From the human T2T-CHM13v2.0 reference genome, Homo sapiens, in the NCBI RefSeq assembly GCF_009914755.1, contig NC_060929.1: DNA of 64,000 nucleotides; one strand, written 5' to 3'. The notes under the pieces are model-generated. The model ran no database searches. It saw only the letters and a program-made list of their open reading frames with translations, and was not told where the DNA came from. This document shows, in pieces, positions 13,778 through 34,304 of the stretch. The first letter of the stretch is position 1. Each line of letters begins with the position of its first letter. Made by a program: the position numbers and the translations under genes.

Positions 13778-15675
13778 ATCTGTATATCTTTTAAATGGGA
13801 AATTTAATCTGTTTACATTCAAGGTTATTGTTGATACGTAAGGACTTACTCCTATCATTTTATTGATTATTTTCTGGTTGTTTTGTGTATCCCTTGTTCC
13901 TTATTTCCCCTCTTCTTGTTTATCTTTGTAGTTGGGCAGTTTTCTGTATTTATAAGGTTTGATTCCATTCTCTTTCTCTTTTGTGTATCTGTTTAACCAG
14001 TGAGTTTTATAGTTTTGCATGTTTTCATGATGGTAGTTACTGTCTTTTCACTTCCAGACATAAGACTTCCTTGAGCATTTATTGTAAGGCTGATCTAGTG
14101 GTAATGAATTCACGTAGTTTTTGCTTGTCTGTGGAATCTTTTGTTTCTGAAGAATAGCTTTGCTGGGTGTTATATTCTTGGTTAGCAGTTTTGTTTTATT
14201 ACTTTGATTATATCATGTCACTCTAGTGTATTATACCATGCTCTATTCTGCCGCAGACTTTAGCAGAGGCTTAATTCTTTTTTTTTTAATTGAGAACGTA
14301 CCACTGTATCTCTGGGGTCTTTATCTGTAAGCACTAGTGAGTTATGAATGTTAAAATGAAATTAGAGTTACAGCCTTCATTTTCTTCTGAGAAGTCCATT
14401 ATTAGTCAAATGTAGATTTTCTTATATGTGACTTGGCATCTTTTTCTTGCTGTTTTTAAAATTCTTTCCTGTTTTTGACGTTTGACAACTTGACTATAAT
14501 GTTCTATGGTGAGGACCTTTTGGATTGAATATATTTTGGCTTCTTTGAGCTTCTTGAATCTGGATGCCCATCTGTCCCAACACCTGGGAAGCTTTTAGCT
14601 ATTATTTCATTAAATATGTTTTCCTCACCTTTTCCCTTTGCCTTGCCATCAGGAATGCCCATAATATGAATATTTGTTTGCTTATTGATGTCCCGTAAAT
14701 CCTGTAGGCTTTTAAAATTATTATTTTTTATTTTTTGTCTGCCAGTGTTATTCCAAAACACCTTTATTCAAGTTTAGAAATTATTTCTTCTGCTTGGTTT
14801 AGTCTGTTGTTGAAGCTCTCAGTTATATTTTTTATTTCACTCACAGAATTTTTCTGCTCTAGGATTTCTGTTTGGTTCTTTTTTATGATATCTATCTCTT
14901 TTCTGAACTTCTCATTCAAACATAAATTGTTTTGTGATTTCATTGAATTGTCTATCTGTATTCTATTTTATTTCACTCAATTTCTTTAAGATCATTATTT
15001 TGAATGCTTTTTTCTGGCATTTCATATATTTCCTTATGATTGGGGACTATTATTGGAGAATCATTGTTTTCCTTTGGAGGTGTCATATTTCTTTACTTTT
15101 CTATGCTTGATGTGTCCCTACGTTAATTTCTACACATCTGGTGGAAAAGTTGTTTCTTCACATTTTATGGAGTAAGTTTCATAGGAAAAGACTTATTCAT
15201 GTGAATGGGTCTTGGGATGTCAGTTTGGTGAAGGGTGCATTGACCTTGGTTCTAGGTGGACACAGTAGTGTAGTGTTAGTGAAGTTTCTTTATCTGTAAT
15301 CCACATTAGTGACATTTGTGAGTGTCTCAGTGGCTTAGGCTGAGAGAGTTTGTGGTGGCAGTGATGTGGCTTTGCTGGGTGTGTGCTTCCCAGGTTGCTT
15401 CTCAGGTTGGGGTGCATGTGTGCACATGGTGGGTCAATGAACTTGGGGTCTGGCTCATAGGGCTGTTATTCTGGCTTGGAGTATGCTATCCTTTGATGCA
15501 CAAAAATTTTTAATTTTGATAGAGTCTAATTTACTTTTTTTTCTTTGCTTATACTTTTGTTGTCCTAGGAAATCAAATCCAAGGTCATAAAGATTTATTC
15601 CTATCCTTTCTTCTAAGAAATTTATAGTTTTAGCTCTTACATTTAGATCATTGATCCATTTTGAGTTAATGTTTA

Positions 15676-16036
15676 TGTTAGTCTGTTCAGGCTGCATGAG
15701 AAAATACCATAGACTGGGTGACAAGCACCAGAACTTTATTTCTCACATTTGTGAAATCTGGGACATCTAAAATCAAGGGGCTAGCATGGTCAGTTTCTAG
15801 CTGGGACTCTCTTCTTGGCCTTCAGACAACTGTCTTCTCACTGTGTCCTCATAGTGAAGAGAGAGCTCTTTTGTATCCCCTCCAGTAAAGGCACTAATCC
15901 TATCAAAGGCCTTATCCTCATGAGTTCATCTAACTCTAATTGTCTCCCCCAAACCTCATCTCCAAATACCATTACATTGGTGTTATAACTTCAATATTTG
16001 AATTTTGAGGAGGACAGAAACATTCGTACTATGACG
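15676..16036 (-). mobile_element. MLT1A-like MaLR solo LTR
   Basis: ttagtctgttcaggctgc...aaaataccatagactgggtg...aaggcactaatcc...catctccaaataccattacattgg. Confidence 0.8.
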
Positions 16037-16525
16037 ATTCTTGTGTCCTATTTGAGGTAACGGTCTGACTTCACTGTTATGTCATGTGGATTTCCAGTTG
16101 CCCCAGCACCATTTATGGAAGAGACTATTCTTTCCTTATTGAATGGTCTTGGCATCCTTGTTGAAAATAAATTTGATCATAGATGTTTGGATTTATTTCT
16201 GGATTCAAGATTTTATTCCATTGATCTATATGTCCATCTTTATGCTGGTATCATACCATTTTATTTACTGTAGCTTTATAGTAAGTTTTTAAACTTGGAA
16301 GTGTGAACACTTCAAACTTTGTCTTCAAGCTAATTTTGGTGATTTGGGTTCCATTATAATTTCATATGAATTTTAGGAACAGCTTTTCCATTTCTGCAAA
16401 AAATGGCTATTGGGATTTTTATATAGATTGTGTTGAATCTGTATGTTGCTTTGAGAAGTATTGCCATTCTAACAATATGAAGTCTTCCCGTCCATGAATA
16501 TTGGGGTATTTTTCCATTTATTTAA

Positions 16526-16957
<432 letters not shown>

Positions 16958-17006
16958 TGCTTTCTTAATTTCTTTTTTGGATTGTTCATTGCCAGTGTAC
17001 AAAAAC

Positions 17007-17200
17007 TTGTACTTTAAAGAAGGTTTTGGATGCACAAGAAAAGATGTGTGAATGAACATTTGTTAATATATTTTAGTTAAAATAAAAGTTTAAGTAAATA
17101 TAATGTTTAATGAGTATCTTCTCTAAATCTAATGAGTATCTGATTCTCAATTAGCCAATCAACTACCCTAGTTGATCACATTTGAGAAGTCTATTATATA
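17007..17200 (+). mobile_element. Tigger15-like DNA transposon, 3' part
   Basis: Continues the element broken at 6760 (tactttaaagaagg...gtgaatgaac...ttttagttaaaataaaagtttaag...aatcaactacc...gatcacatttgagaag, the 3' terminal region). Confidence 0.65.
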
Positions 17201-17286
17201 TTTTAATAATTATGAGTATCTGATTCTCTATTAACCAATCAACTACCCTAATTGATCACATTTGAGAACTCTATATTTTAATAATT
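17132..17286. repeat. 80-bp tandem duplication (2 copies)
   Basis: atgagtatctgattctc... starts at 17132 and again at 17212, with a few substitutions and one small indel. Confidence 0.92.
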
Positions 17287-17531
17287 TGCAGTTTCATAAT
17301 ACATTTATATATTTCAAAAATATAACCAACATATTAGTTAGAAATATTATATTTGTTACTATTGATATGATTTGACAATCAAAACTTTACTGGGTTAAAT
17401 AATATTTACTTAGCTAAGAACTCACAAAGATGAATGACGGGAAACAACCTTTACCTGGAATTTACTGCTTTTGGTATTCAAATAAGATATGTTTCAAGTA
17501 TTAACTGTGGTCTTCTCTTCCCTCGCAGGCT

Positions 17532-17755
17532 TGGAAAAGCACCAGATAGGAAGGGAAGAAGCTCAGGATCTGGGTTTAGGTTCTAACTCTGAACTTACCA
17601 TCTATATGATGTCAGCTAAGTAGACCATTTTGTGATTCTGAGCTTCAGTTTTTCTCATCCACTAAATGGGGAAAAAAAACTGCTTTACAGAGTTCTAAGG
17701 ATTAAATGGGACATCTTCTATGAAAATGCCTGGTACAAGGGAGGCCCTCAAGAAG
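17532..17755 (+). mobile_element. MIR SINE
   Basis: ctgagcttcagtttttctcatccactaaatgggg...aggattaaatgggac...gcctggtaca. Confidence 0.8.
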
Positions 17756-18199
17756 GTAAGGGTGATTTTGAAAGATTTACCAAATTATGGTTATTTATTA
17801 TTTCACCTATTTATTCCCTTAAGTTCAACTTTGGGACCAAAAATAAGTGTGCAAAATGCCTATGCTGTACATAAAGTATGTGCTGAACAAATACTGCTTT
17901 TTACATGATTAATGAGGGGTCAGTGTTCCTATTTTTGGCCATGTAACTTAGGAAAGTTAACTGGCCTAGAATAGAGACCAGGCCTCTGTCTTGGCTCCAT
18001 TATTACTGCCCTCATAAATGGAGAAGATTAATGAAGTTTGTTCTGTGAAGGAAGAGGAGACTCTCTAGGATTTTGAGATATTTTCCTGTAGGCACTTGGC
18101 TTGTGTACATCAAAAGCCCTTCATAAACTTGCTACTTGTGAATGATTCTCAGATAATTCTAGGTTGGCTTTACCTGAAACATTTAATAACTTGTATATT

Positions 18200-19480
<1,281 letters not shown>

Positions 19481-19516
19481 CTTATTTTTCATGGAAGAAC
19501 ACTTTGAAAATCAGAA

Positions 19517-19860
19517 TAGTCTAGGCTACATTCTGTTAACTAACAACTCCAAAATCTCAGCAGTTTAAGACACACATAAAAGTTTTGTTTCTTGCATCCG
19601 TTACATAGTCACTCAAGGACCCAGTCTGATGAAGGCTTTACCACCTTACTAGCTGTGTACCATTTGAAGTATGTGACCTCCATTGCTGCAATAGAAGAGA
19701 GAATTGCAGATCTTTCACAGACAAAGGCTTTGGTGTTACTTCTACTTATAATCAGTTGGCCATTAGTACTCAGATGTCCCCATCTGCCTGCATGGGAGTA
19801 GAGAAATGTAATTCTTCTGTGTGTCTGGAAGGAGAAAGGAACCCATTTTAGAGAAGCTGT
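19517..19860 (-). mobile_element. MLT1K/L-like old MaLR LTR
   Basis: ctaggctacattctgttaactaacaactccaaaatctcagcagtttaa...cactcaaggacccagtctgatgaagg...gagaaatgtaattcttctgtgtg. Confidence 0.7.
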
Positions 19861-19929
19861 ACTGTAGGAAAGAAGAAAATAAGAAAGAAGTGAAGACAAG
19901 AAAATGAGCATTTATTTTAAGATAAAGGA

Positions 19930-20446
19930 CCTTTCAATGTCTTGCAGTTACCCTTGAGATTAGACCTAAACCAGTTACCCTGGTCTATATATCTGCACAA
20001 GACATGACCACTACCCACTCATCTCATTCTTCTCTTACCCTTGCCCACTCTGCTCCAGGCTTTGAACCTTATTTTTTTTCCTCACACACATCAAGCTTGT
20101 TCTTCCCTCGGGGACCTTGTGTTGACTTTCTTCTGCCTGAAATGTTCTCCCCTCAAATATTTGCATCTTTGTTATCTAGGACTCTGCTTCCTCAGAGAAG
20201 CCTTTTTCATCATGTAGCCTAAATGAAACACCTTTGCTAGCCTTTCCTTATCTATCCAGCTATTTTATTTTCATTCTAGTATTTACCATTGTCTGTTATC
20301 TTCATATTTGTTTGTCTCTTTTTTATTGTTTGTTTTCCTTCACTAGAATATGTTCCATGAGACTAGGGAGCTTGTTTATTTTGTTCAACATTGTATCCCT
20401 AGTACACAGTAGGCATTTAATAAATGTTTGTTAACTGAACAAATTT
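19930..20446 (+). mobile_element. L2a LINE 3' end
   Basis: cactagaatatgttccatgagactaggg...ttgttcaacattgtatccctagtacacagtaggcatttaataaatgtttgtt is the L2a terminus. Confidence 0.85.
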
Positions 20447-20728
20447 ACAAATGGTTGAGCAGAATCCTATGGAGGCTAGAACCACCAGATGGTGTTCTAG
20501 GGTCTGTAAAAATAGGCATTTTCAACATGAACCTGATAAGTCATACCTGAAACCAAGAAAGAGAAGACATGGTGCCCCTAAGACCAAGAAGAAAAAAGGA
20601 GTTACCAAGCTTGGGTATGAAACAATAATAACAAATTCAATTATCTCAGGTGGCTAAGGAAAACTTTGGATTCAATGAATGACTTACATATTCACAAGTG
20701 TCTTATCAGCATATTGCTTCTACTTGAT

Positions 20729-21238
20729 TGTGGTAGCCAGCTACTGAGATGAGCTCTAATAATCTTAGCCTTCTGTAATTCTTGTAGGTCTGTCATCCCT
20801 TACACTGAATCAGGACTGGCGTAGTGTGACCTGTGGAATACAGTAGAAGTAAAGATGTGTGACTCCCAAAGCTTGGTCATATAAGGCATTGCAGCTTCAG
20901 CCTTGCTCTCTTGGATCACTTACCCTGGAGAAAGTCATCTCCCATGCTCTGAGGATACTCAAGCAACTCTGTGGAGTGTTCCACATGGAGAGGAAGTGCC
21001 GAAGACCCGCACCAACTGGCCAAAAAAGTGAGTGGGTGACCTTGGAAGCAGATCTTCCAGCCCTACTAAAGCCTTCGGTTAACTGCAACCTCAAGAGAGA
21101 CCCTGAGCCTGGATGGCTCAACTGATCAGCTTCTGAATTCCTGATTTACAGAAGCTATGAGAAATAAAAAGTGATTACTATTGTTTTAAGCTACAAAATT
21201 TGGGGATAATTTGTTACATAGCTATACTAACTGGAACA
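20729..21238 (+). mobile_element. MLT1F-like MaLR solo LTR
   Basis: tgtggtagccagc...ttggaagcagatcttccagccc...ttgttttaagctacaaaatttggggataatttgttacatagc...aaca. Confidence 0.85.
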
Positions 21239-21329
21239 CAGAGATTTCTTCAAATTTTCAAAAATTTTTTTACTCTCAGTGATGTTCATTGTCTTGGAAT
21301 GAGAATGGGAAACATAGAGGTGGGAGATA

Positions 21330-22700
21330 GAAATTTAATGGCTTAGCCAGCCAAATGAACCACATCAACTCTTCCCATTGGTGGGGAGACAGATATTTCA
21401 GTCATATTGTCCATCATATATCCCTACTTTTTGTGGCCTTGCAAAATAACTAATAACCGTAAAGCTGTATCATCACAATGCAATAATAATAGGTTATTTC
21501 AGTAAAAAGTATGTCAAATTAAATGTTAGAAGTATGTCAACACAAGTGGCTGATTGAATGAATTTTTTACTTTAGAACTGATTATTTGGCCAAAACGTAG
21601 AAGGTTCTTGGGATCAAATTTTAAAGCTAAAAATACTAAACTACATTTTTTAGTCTGGGGAAGGGATCCCAGATTTATAATTTTATTTGGGTTTTCCTAA
21701 GTATAGTTTAAAACAAGTTTTGCTGCCTTTAATGGAACATGAAATTATGGATCAGGTGACAGGAACACAGTATGTTCCTTTTGGATTATAAACTGGAACT
21801 TCAGATGTCTTCCTTGAAGATTTTGAAAAACTGATCTATTATATATGTACATAAATACCTGGCCTTTGGCCTTCCTATGAAGTGATCTGCAAGTTCATAA
21901 AGTATTGTTCTGTTTCCAGGCTTCAGGGTATTAAAAATGTATATGTTCATTTGTTTGAAATTATCTGAAGCTCTGGGCTTCCCCATGCTCACCCTTGACT
22001 CTTTCCTTTTTGATATGTTCTGCATATCTTGGTGTATTTATGAACGACTTTTTAGATGTAAGTTTGAAGGAGGAGATTCTTTAATCTCTGTAGTTTTCAT
22101 CAACAGAGTGCCATTTTCCTGGGAATTACTATTTTTCCCTATGGCCTTGAACATGGCTTGTTATTGAGTGGTCTAGTCTCCTGACCTGTTAGGCCATAGA
22201 ATTAGAAAAACCCTTGTTTCCACTTTCATATTCCTTATATATAACATCTTAATGAAACCATTGTGGTTTATTTGCACAGAAGCTCCCTTGACTTCTCTTG
22301 GGAACCTGCTCTAATACTTTGTGGCTCTTGTTCATGAGAACATTCTTTTTCCTAATATCTGCTCTAAATGTTACCTTAGCTGAAGGCTTTCTGTCCCCCA
22401 TTTTTTGAAACTACAAGTGATTCCCTTTCCTCACTGAAGACTAAACTTTATACCTAATGGCTAGAATGTCAAACAAACATTAATCTTGTCTCCTGCCTCT
22501 TTTCAGATGGAGGAATGCCCAAAAGCAATTTAGCTTTAGACAGCAGATGTATTTGTGTAGTGTTCTTTAACCTCTGATTCATTTTCTCAAATCATTTTGG
22601 GTTAAGCTTCACTTCTCAAAGATTCCAACAGCCTAAGGATCTACCTTGAAATTTCATAATCATTCCATACACCTACCTTTCGTTTTAAATTATGTCTCTC
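21330..22700 (-). mobile_element. CR1/L3-clade LINE fossils (ORF2 pieces)
   Basis: Minus-strand translation shows a CR1 3' end (FRADIRKK...PREV, ~22250-22500), then GNKGF, LYELADH, SRKTSEVP (SWRTGEVP) and VDVVHL (VDVVYLDF) towards 21330. Confidence 0.55.
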
Positions 22701-23887
22701 CCTTACATAAGCTACCTACTGTAAAAAGGATACTTATACATTTGCAAAAGACCATTTATTTGCCACAACAATACATGTATCAGGTTTGAAATTTTCTCTT
22801 CGTAGATAGGGCCTACTCTAAGACCACTTAATACGCAAAAAATTCATACTTTCCAAAGAGCTATGTAAGGGGCAATTGTTCACATCCAGGCAAACCTCCC
22901 CACTTTCCTCCACTCCAAACACATACACATGGGCCAGTCACACGGAAATTCCACCTTTAGGAATGTAGCCCTTAGGGATAAGTAGTTCAAGATTTTAATG
23001 TAGATCTTCTGGGAGGACACTGGAAATTCTTGATACTCTTGCTTCACACTTTTTTTACCAAACTAAGTGGGGTGGGGGGTGGAATTTCAATATGAAGACC
23101 TGAAATTAGAATAAGCTAGTACTTTGAGCCAGCAATTATTTATTCTTTTTAATATGAATTAGTGTGATCTCTTCTTTATTGTTAAGATAGTTCATTGAAA
23201 TATTATTTTTGAGCTAGTGAGGATTTCAATGAAAAGATGATAATTGGTCTTCTTCTGGGAAGAGGGCGGTGATGACTAGCACAAGACAATTTTCAAGTGA
23301 ATGGGAAGGCTGACCAGTGAAAGACACTTTAACAAGGGGTTGGGGAGTGTTAGAAGGCAGAAGAATTGTATAGAAGAGCATCTGCCCTCCATCCCAACTT
23401 AAATCTGTTGCACTCTCTTTTATTCATGCACTAGAAAAATTCTTAAAGCTATGTTGAAGTTACTGAGTTGCTTGTCTGTTACCCCCAGTCAACTCTTTGA
23501 GGATAGAAAGAAGGATGCTGTGCTGTGGGGGGGGAATATGAATGAGATAACAGGAGCATAGAGGTCTGGAGGAATAAAAATATAAATAATTTCATACTAC
23601 CAGCTACAGAAAGTAAAGCCAAATGACATTAGAATGAAATACCCCAATATCTAAGAAGATTTTCAATGATGCTGAAGGTAGCGTGTCAAAATATGGAGTA
23701 CACTACACGAAGTTTTAAGCTCATTGAAATGGAGTGAAAAGGGTTGAGAAACATCGCTCCAGATGCTGGGATGCAAACCTCATGGAAGTGGAAAAAAAAG
23801 GAGTTAGATGGTCCAGAGAAGACCAAGTAAGTTCAAATGGTCTGTTGAAAGAAATGATAACAATGACAATGATTATGATGATGATCA

Positions 23888-30360
<6,473 letters not shown>

Positions 30361-30861
30361 AACACAAAAAATTTTGAGGAAAATTTTGACAACCCTGTAT
30401 GTTGCTGAAAAATCTAATACCTGATTCTGAAACCTATGTTGCCACATGAAAACTTTAATTAAAAGAAAGACAGAAAGAAAAGGCTCAATAGCAAGAAACC
30501 TAACATTCCCCAATCATGTCTTCAACTGCCATTAAAATGGCTTGGCATTTCCTCACAGGTGTCTGTCAGAATTACTTCACTAAATATTCTAATACATGGA
30601 ATAAAATTAAGGGAGGAATCACAAAAATAAGCCTTGTGTATAGTTTGACCTTTTAACTTATATTAAATAAAATTTTATGCTTTGTTTACTGTTTTGGCCA
30701 ATTTCAAATGTTCATTTGAAATACTTTCTATGAACAATGGGCACACAGCCTTTGAAACAGAAGAGCTAGCATTGCATTTTCTTAGAAAAATCAGATTTCA
30801 TGTACCTAATTTTTACTAATGGTATATTTTTCAGTAAAATGGCCTATTATGAGATCAAGGA

Positions 30862-33016
30862 TGTGTTAGTGCATTTTCATATTGCTATAAAGAACTGCTT
30901 GAGAGTGGGTAATTTATAAAGGCGAAGGGTTTGATTGACTCATAGTTCAGCATGGCTAGGGTGGCCTCAGGAAACTTGCAATTGTGGCTGAAGGGGAAGG
31001 GGAAGCAAGGCACCTTCTTCACAAGGCAGCAGGAAGGAGAAATGCTGAGTGAAGCAGGAAGAGCCCCTTATAAAACCATCATATCTCATGAGAACTCACT
31101 CACTATCATGAGAAAGGCATGGCAGAAACTGCCCCCATGATTTAATTACTTTCACCTGGTCTCTCTCTTGACATATGGGGATTATGGGGATTACAATTCA
31201 AGATGAGATTTGGGTGGGGACACAAAGCCTAACCATATCATACCACCCCTGGCCCCTCCAAAATCTCATGTACCTTTCACATTTCAAAACCAAGCATGCC
31301 TTGCTAAGAGTCCCCCAAAGTCTTAATTCATTCCAGCATCAACCCAAAAGTCCAAGTGTAAAGTCTTATCTGAGACAAGGCAAGTCCCTTCTGCCTATGA
31401 GCCTGTAAAACAAAAAAAAAAACAAGTTATTTACCTCAAAGACACAATGCAGGCACAGGCATTGGGTAAATTTTTCAATTCCAAATTGGAGAAATTGGCC
31501 AAAACAAAGGGGCTACAGACCCCATGGAAGTCTGAAACCAGGTGGGGCAGTCATTAAATCTAAAAGTTCTAAAATGATCTCCTTTGACTCCATGTCTCAC
31601 ATCCAGGTCATGCTGATGCAAGAGGTGGGCTCCTATGGCCTTGAGCAGCTTCACCCCTGTGACTTTGCAGGGTACAGCCCCTGTCCTGGCTGCTGCTTTC
31701 ATGAGCTGGCATTGTCTGTGGCTTTTCCAGATGCACAGTGCAAGCTGTCAGTGGCTCTTCCATTCTGGGGTCTGGAGGACAGTGACCCTCTTCTCACAGC
31801 TCCACTAGGCTCAGTGCGGAATCTGCATGGGGGCTCCAACCCCACATTTCCCTTCCTTTCCATGGTGCTTGGGTCTAGCACCCTCTGAAGCAATAGCCTG
31901 AGCTGTACATTGGCATGTTTTAGCCACAGCTGAAGCTGGAGTGGCAGCAGCTGGGATGCAGGGTGCCAAGTTATGAGGTTGCACAGAGCAGCTGGGGGTG
32001 GGAGGGTGGGCCTGCGCTGGGCCCAGGAAACCATTTTTCTCTCCTAGTCCTCTGGGCCTGTGATGGGAGGAGCTGCTCTGAAGGTCTCTGACATGCCCTG
32101 GAGAGATTTTCTTTATTGTCTTGGTGACTAACATTTGGCTCCTCGTTACTTAAGCAAATTACTGTAGCCAGCTTGAATTTCTCCCTAGAAAATGTTTTTT
32201 TTCTTTTCTACTACATAATCAGGCTGCAAATTTTTCTAACTTTTATGCTCTGCTTCCCCTTTAAACATAAGTTCCAATTTCAGATTATCTCTCTCAAATT
32301 TGAAGTTCCACAGATCTCTAGGACAGGGGCAAAATGCCACCAGTCTCTTTGCTAAGACATAGCAAGAGTGACCTTTGCCCCATTTCCCAGTGAGTTCCTC
32401 ATTTCCACCTGAGACCATCTCGGCCTGGACTTCATTGTCCATGTCTCTATCAGCATTTTGGTCAAACCATTCAACATGTCTTTAAGAAGTTCCAAACTTT
32501 CCCACATTTTCCTGTCTTCTTCTGAGCTCTCTGGATTGTTCTGCCTTCTGCCTGTTATCCAGTTCCAAAGTTGCTTCCAAATTTTTGGGTATCTTTATAG
32601 CAGCACCTCACTCTACTGGTACCAATTTAGTGCATTAGTCCATTTTTATACTGTTATAAAGAACTGCCTGAGATTGGGTAATTTATGAAGGAAAGAGGTT
32701 TAATTGGCTCACAGTTCAGCATGGCTGGGAGGCCTCAGGAAACTTACAGTCATGGTGGAAGGCAAAGAGGAAGCAAGGCACCTTCTTCACAAGGTGGCAG
32801 GAAAAAAAAGTACTAAGAGAAGGGGCAAGAGTCCCTTATAAAACCATCAGATCTCGTGAGGACTCACTCACTATCATGAGAACAGCATGGGGGAAATTGC
32901 CCCCATGATTCAATTACCTCCACCTGGTCTCTCCCTTGACACGTGGTGATTATGGGGTTTATGGAGATTACAATTCAAGATGAAATTTGGGTGGGGACAT
33001 AAAGCCTTAACCATAT
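30862..33016 (-). mobile_element. THE1D MaLR element: LTR (30862-31240), internal region (31241-32630), LTR (32631-33016)
   Basis: Two homologous THE1D LTRs (...ggggacacaaagcctaaccatatca) around THE1-int; 5-bp TSD aagga (30857-30861 / 33017-33021). Confidence 0.93.
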
Positions 33017-33149
33017 AAGGAGTTAGGGACTCCTTATATAAGTTAGGGACTCTTTACATATAAGAGTAAAAGGACTGCTTTTACTCACTACTAGGAATTA
33101 AATAGTATTTGGCCTATAATAAAAATGCACTCATGTTTTTGAGGATGGA

Positions 33150-33880
33150 AGTGTACCCCAGGTTCCTCTGAAAGCAAAGCCAGAGATTAAGCCTTGTAGT
33201 TTGGAAGTGATTCTGGGGAAGGATGGGGGAGTGAAGCAGAGAGGGGAAAAGCCAACACAAAAGTGTGCAATTGATTTGAAAACCACTGTAGGAAACTGGG
33301 ACTTGATTTTGCTGGGAACTTCTGAGGAGCCTTTTGAAATGTGTCTTAGACTGTTGTCTAGAGGAGGGATAAGCAAACTATATCCTTTGTGGCAAATCTG
33401 TCTAGCAGCCTATTTTTGTAAATAGAGTTTTATTGGAACATAGCCTCAAAATTAATTTCTGTATTTTCTATATCTGTTTTTAGGCTATGATGGCAGAGTT
33501 GAATAGTTGTGAAAGAGACAGTATGGCCCACAAAGCATAAAGTATTCTCAATTTTGCCCTTTACAGAAAAAGTTTGCTGACCTCTGCTCTAAAGGATGAG
33601 AGTAGAAAGCATTTATCCATTAGCTTTCCTTCCTAGTGGTTAAGGGTTGTCTTAATGGAGTTAATTGTCCCACCCTCTGTGTTGCTCTCATGTAGTAAGC
33701 AGATTCCCACACTGTGGCATAAGAGAAGCCACAGTGCAAGAGTGAATGTTCCAAGGTTAACCACCGTCACATTAAGACAGGACAATCTTGTCAAAATTTG
33801 TGTGGAACTGGCAGTTGTAAGACGGTTGGTGTAAGATGCTGGCTGCTAGAATATAAAGTGTGTTAAAAAATGTCTGATAT
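33150..33880 (-). mobile_element. LTR33-like ERVL LTR, split by MER58A
   Basis: ggaagtgattctgggg...gagaggggaaaagccaac...accactgtaggaaactgggact...gcatttatccattagct; strand inferred from recalled consensus. Confidence 0.55.
33364..33586 (+). mobile_element. MER58A hAT-Charlie MITE
   Basis: tttttgtaaatagagttttattggaacatagcc...ccctttacagaaaaagtttgctgacctctg; 8-bp TSD gtctagag / ctctaaag. Confidence 0.88.
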
Positions 33881-33909
33881 TTAGTGAAAATGGTATGATG
33901 ATGGTTTGC

Positions 33910-34300
33910 TTATTCATTAGAAATATTTATTGAGCACTTATTATATGACAGGCTCTCTTCTAGATACTAGAAACATAGTGGTGAACAAAACTGGCAAAAA
34001 TCTCTGCCCTCATAAAGCTTACAATCAAGTCTAGAAGACTGATGCTAAATAATGGCACACTAGATAGCAATGAGTGCAAAGAGCTTTCCAGGTAAGAACA
34101 ATGGCCTGAGACAGAAGTGTGCTTGGAGTATTTAGAAATAGCGAGGTGGAGTGTGATTTGAACTCAGTGTGGGGGAGCTGGAGGAGATCATGTCAGCCAT
34201 GAAGGACACAGTAAATAGTAAGGACTTAGGCTTTTACTAGGAGTGATAGGAAGCCGTTGGAAAGTTTAAATAGAGACGTCATGTGATCGGAGTTGTGTAA
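33910..34300 (-). mobile_element. L2a LINE 3' piece (continues at ~37200)
   Basis: attcattagaaatatttattgagcacttattatatgacaggc...ctctgccctcataaagcttac. Confidence 0.8.
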
Positions 34301-34304
34301 TTTT

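Noticed and set aside
17132-17286. Direct repeats as a possible CRISPR-like array (also 33021, 35228, 44127)
   Set aside because: Two-copy head-to-tail duplications with no unique spacers, in primate DNA.
22480-22560. Strong acceptor followed by ATG (tcttttcag|ATGGAGG)
   Set aside because: No convincing downstream donor or ORF, and it lies within an antisense CR1 remnant.
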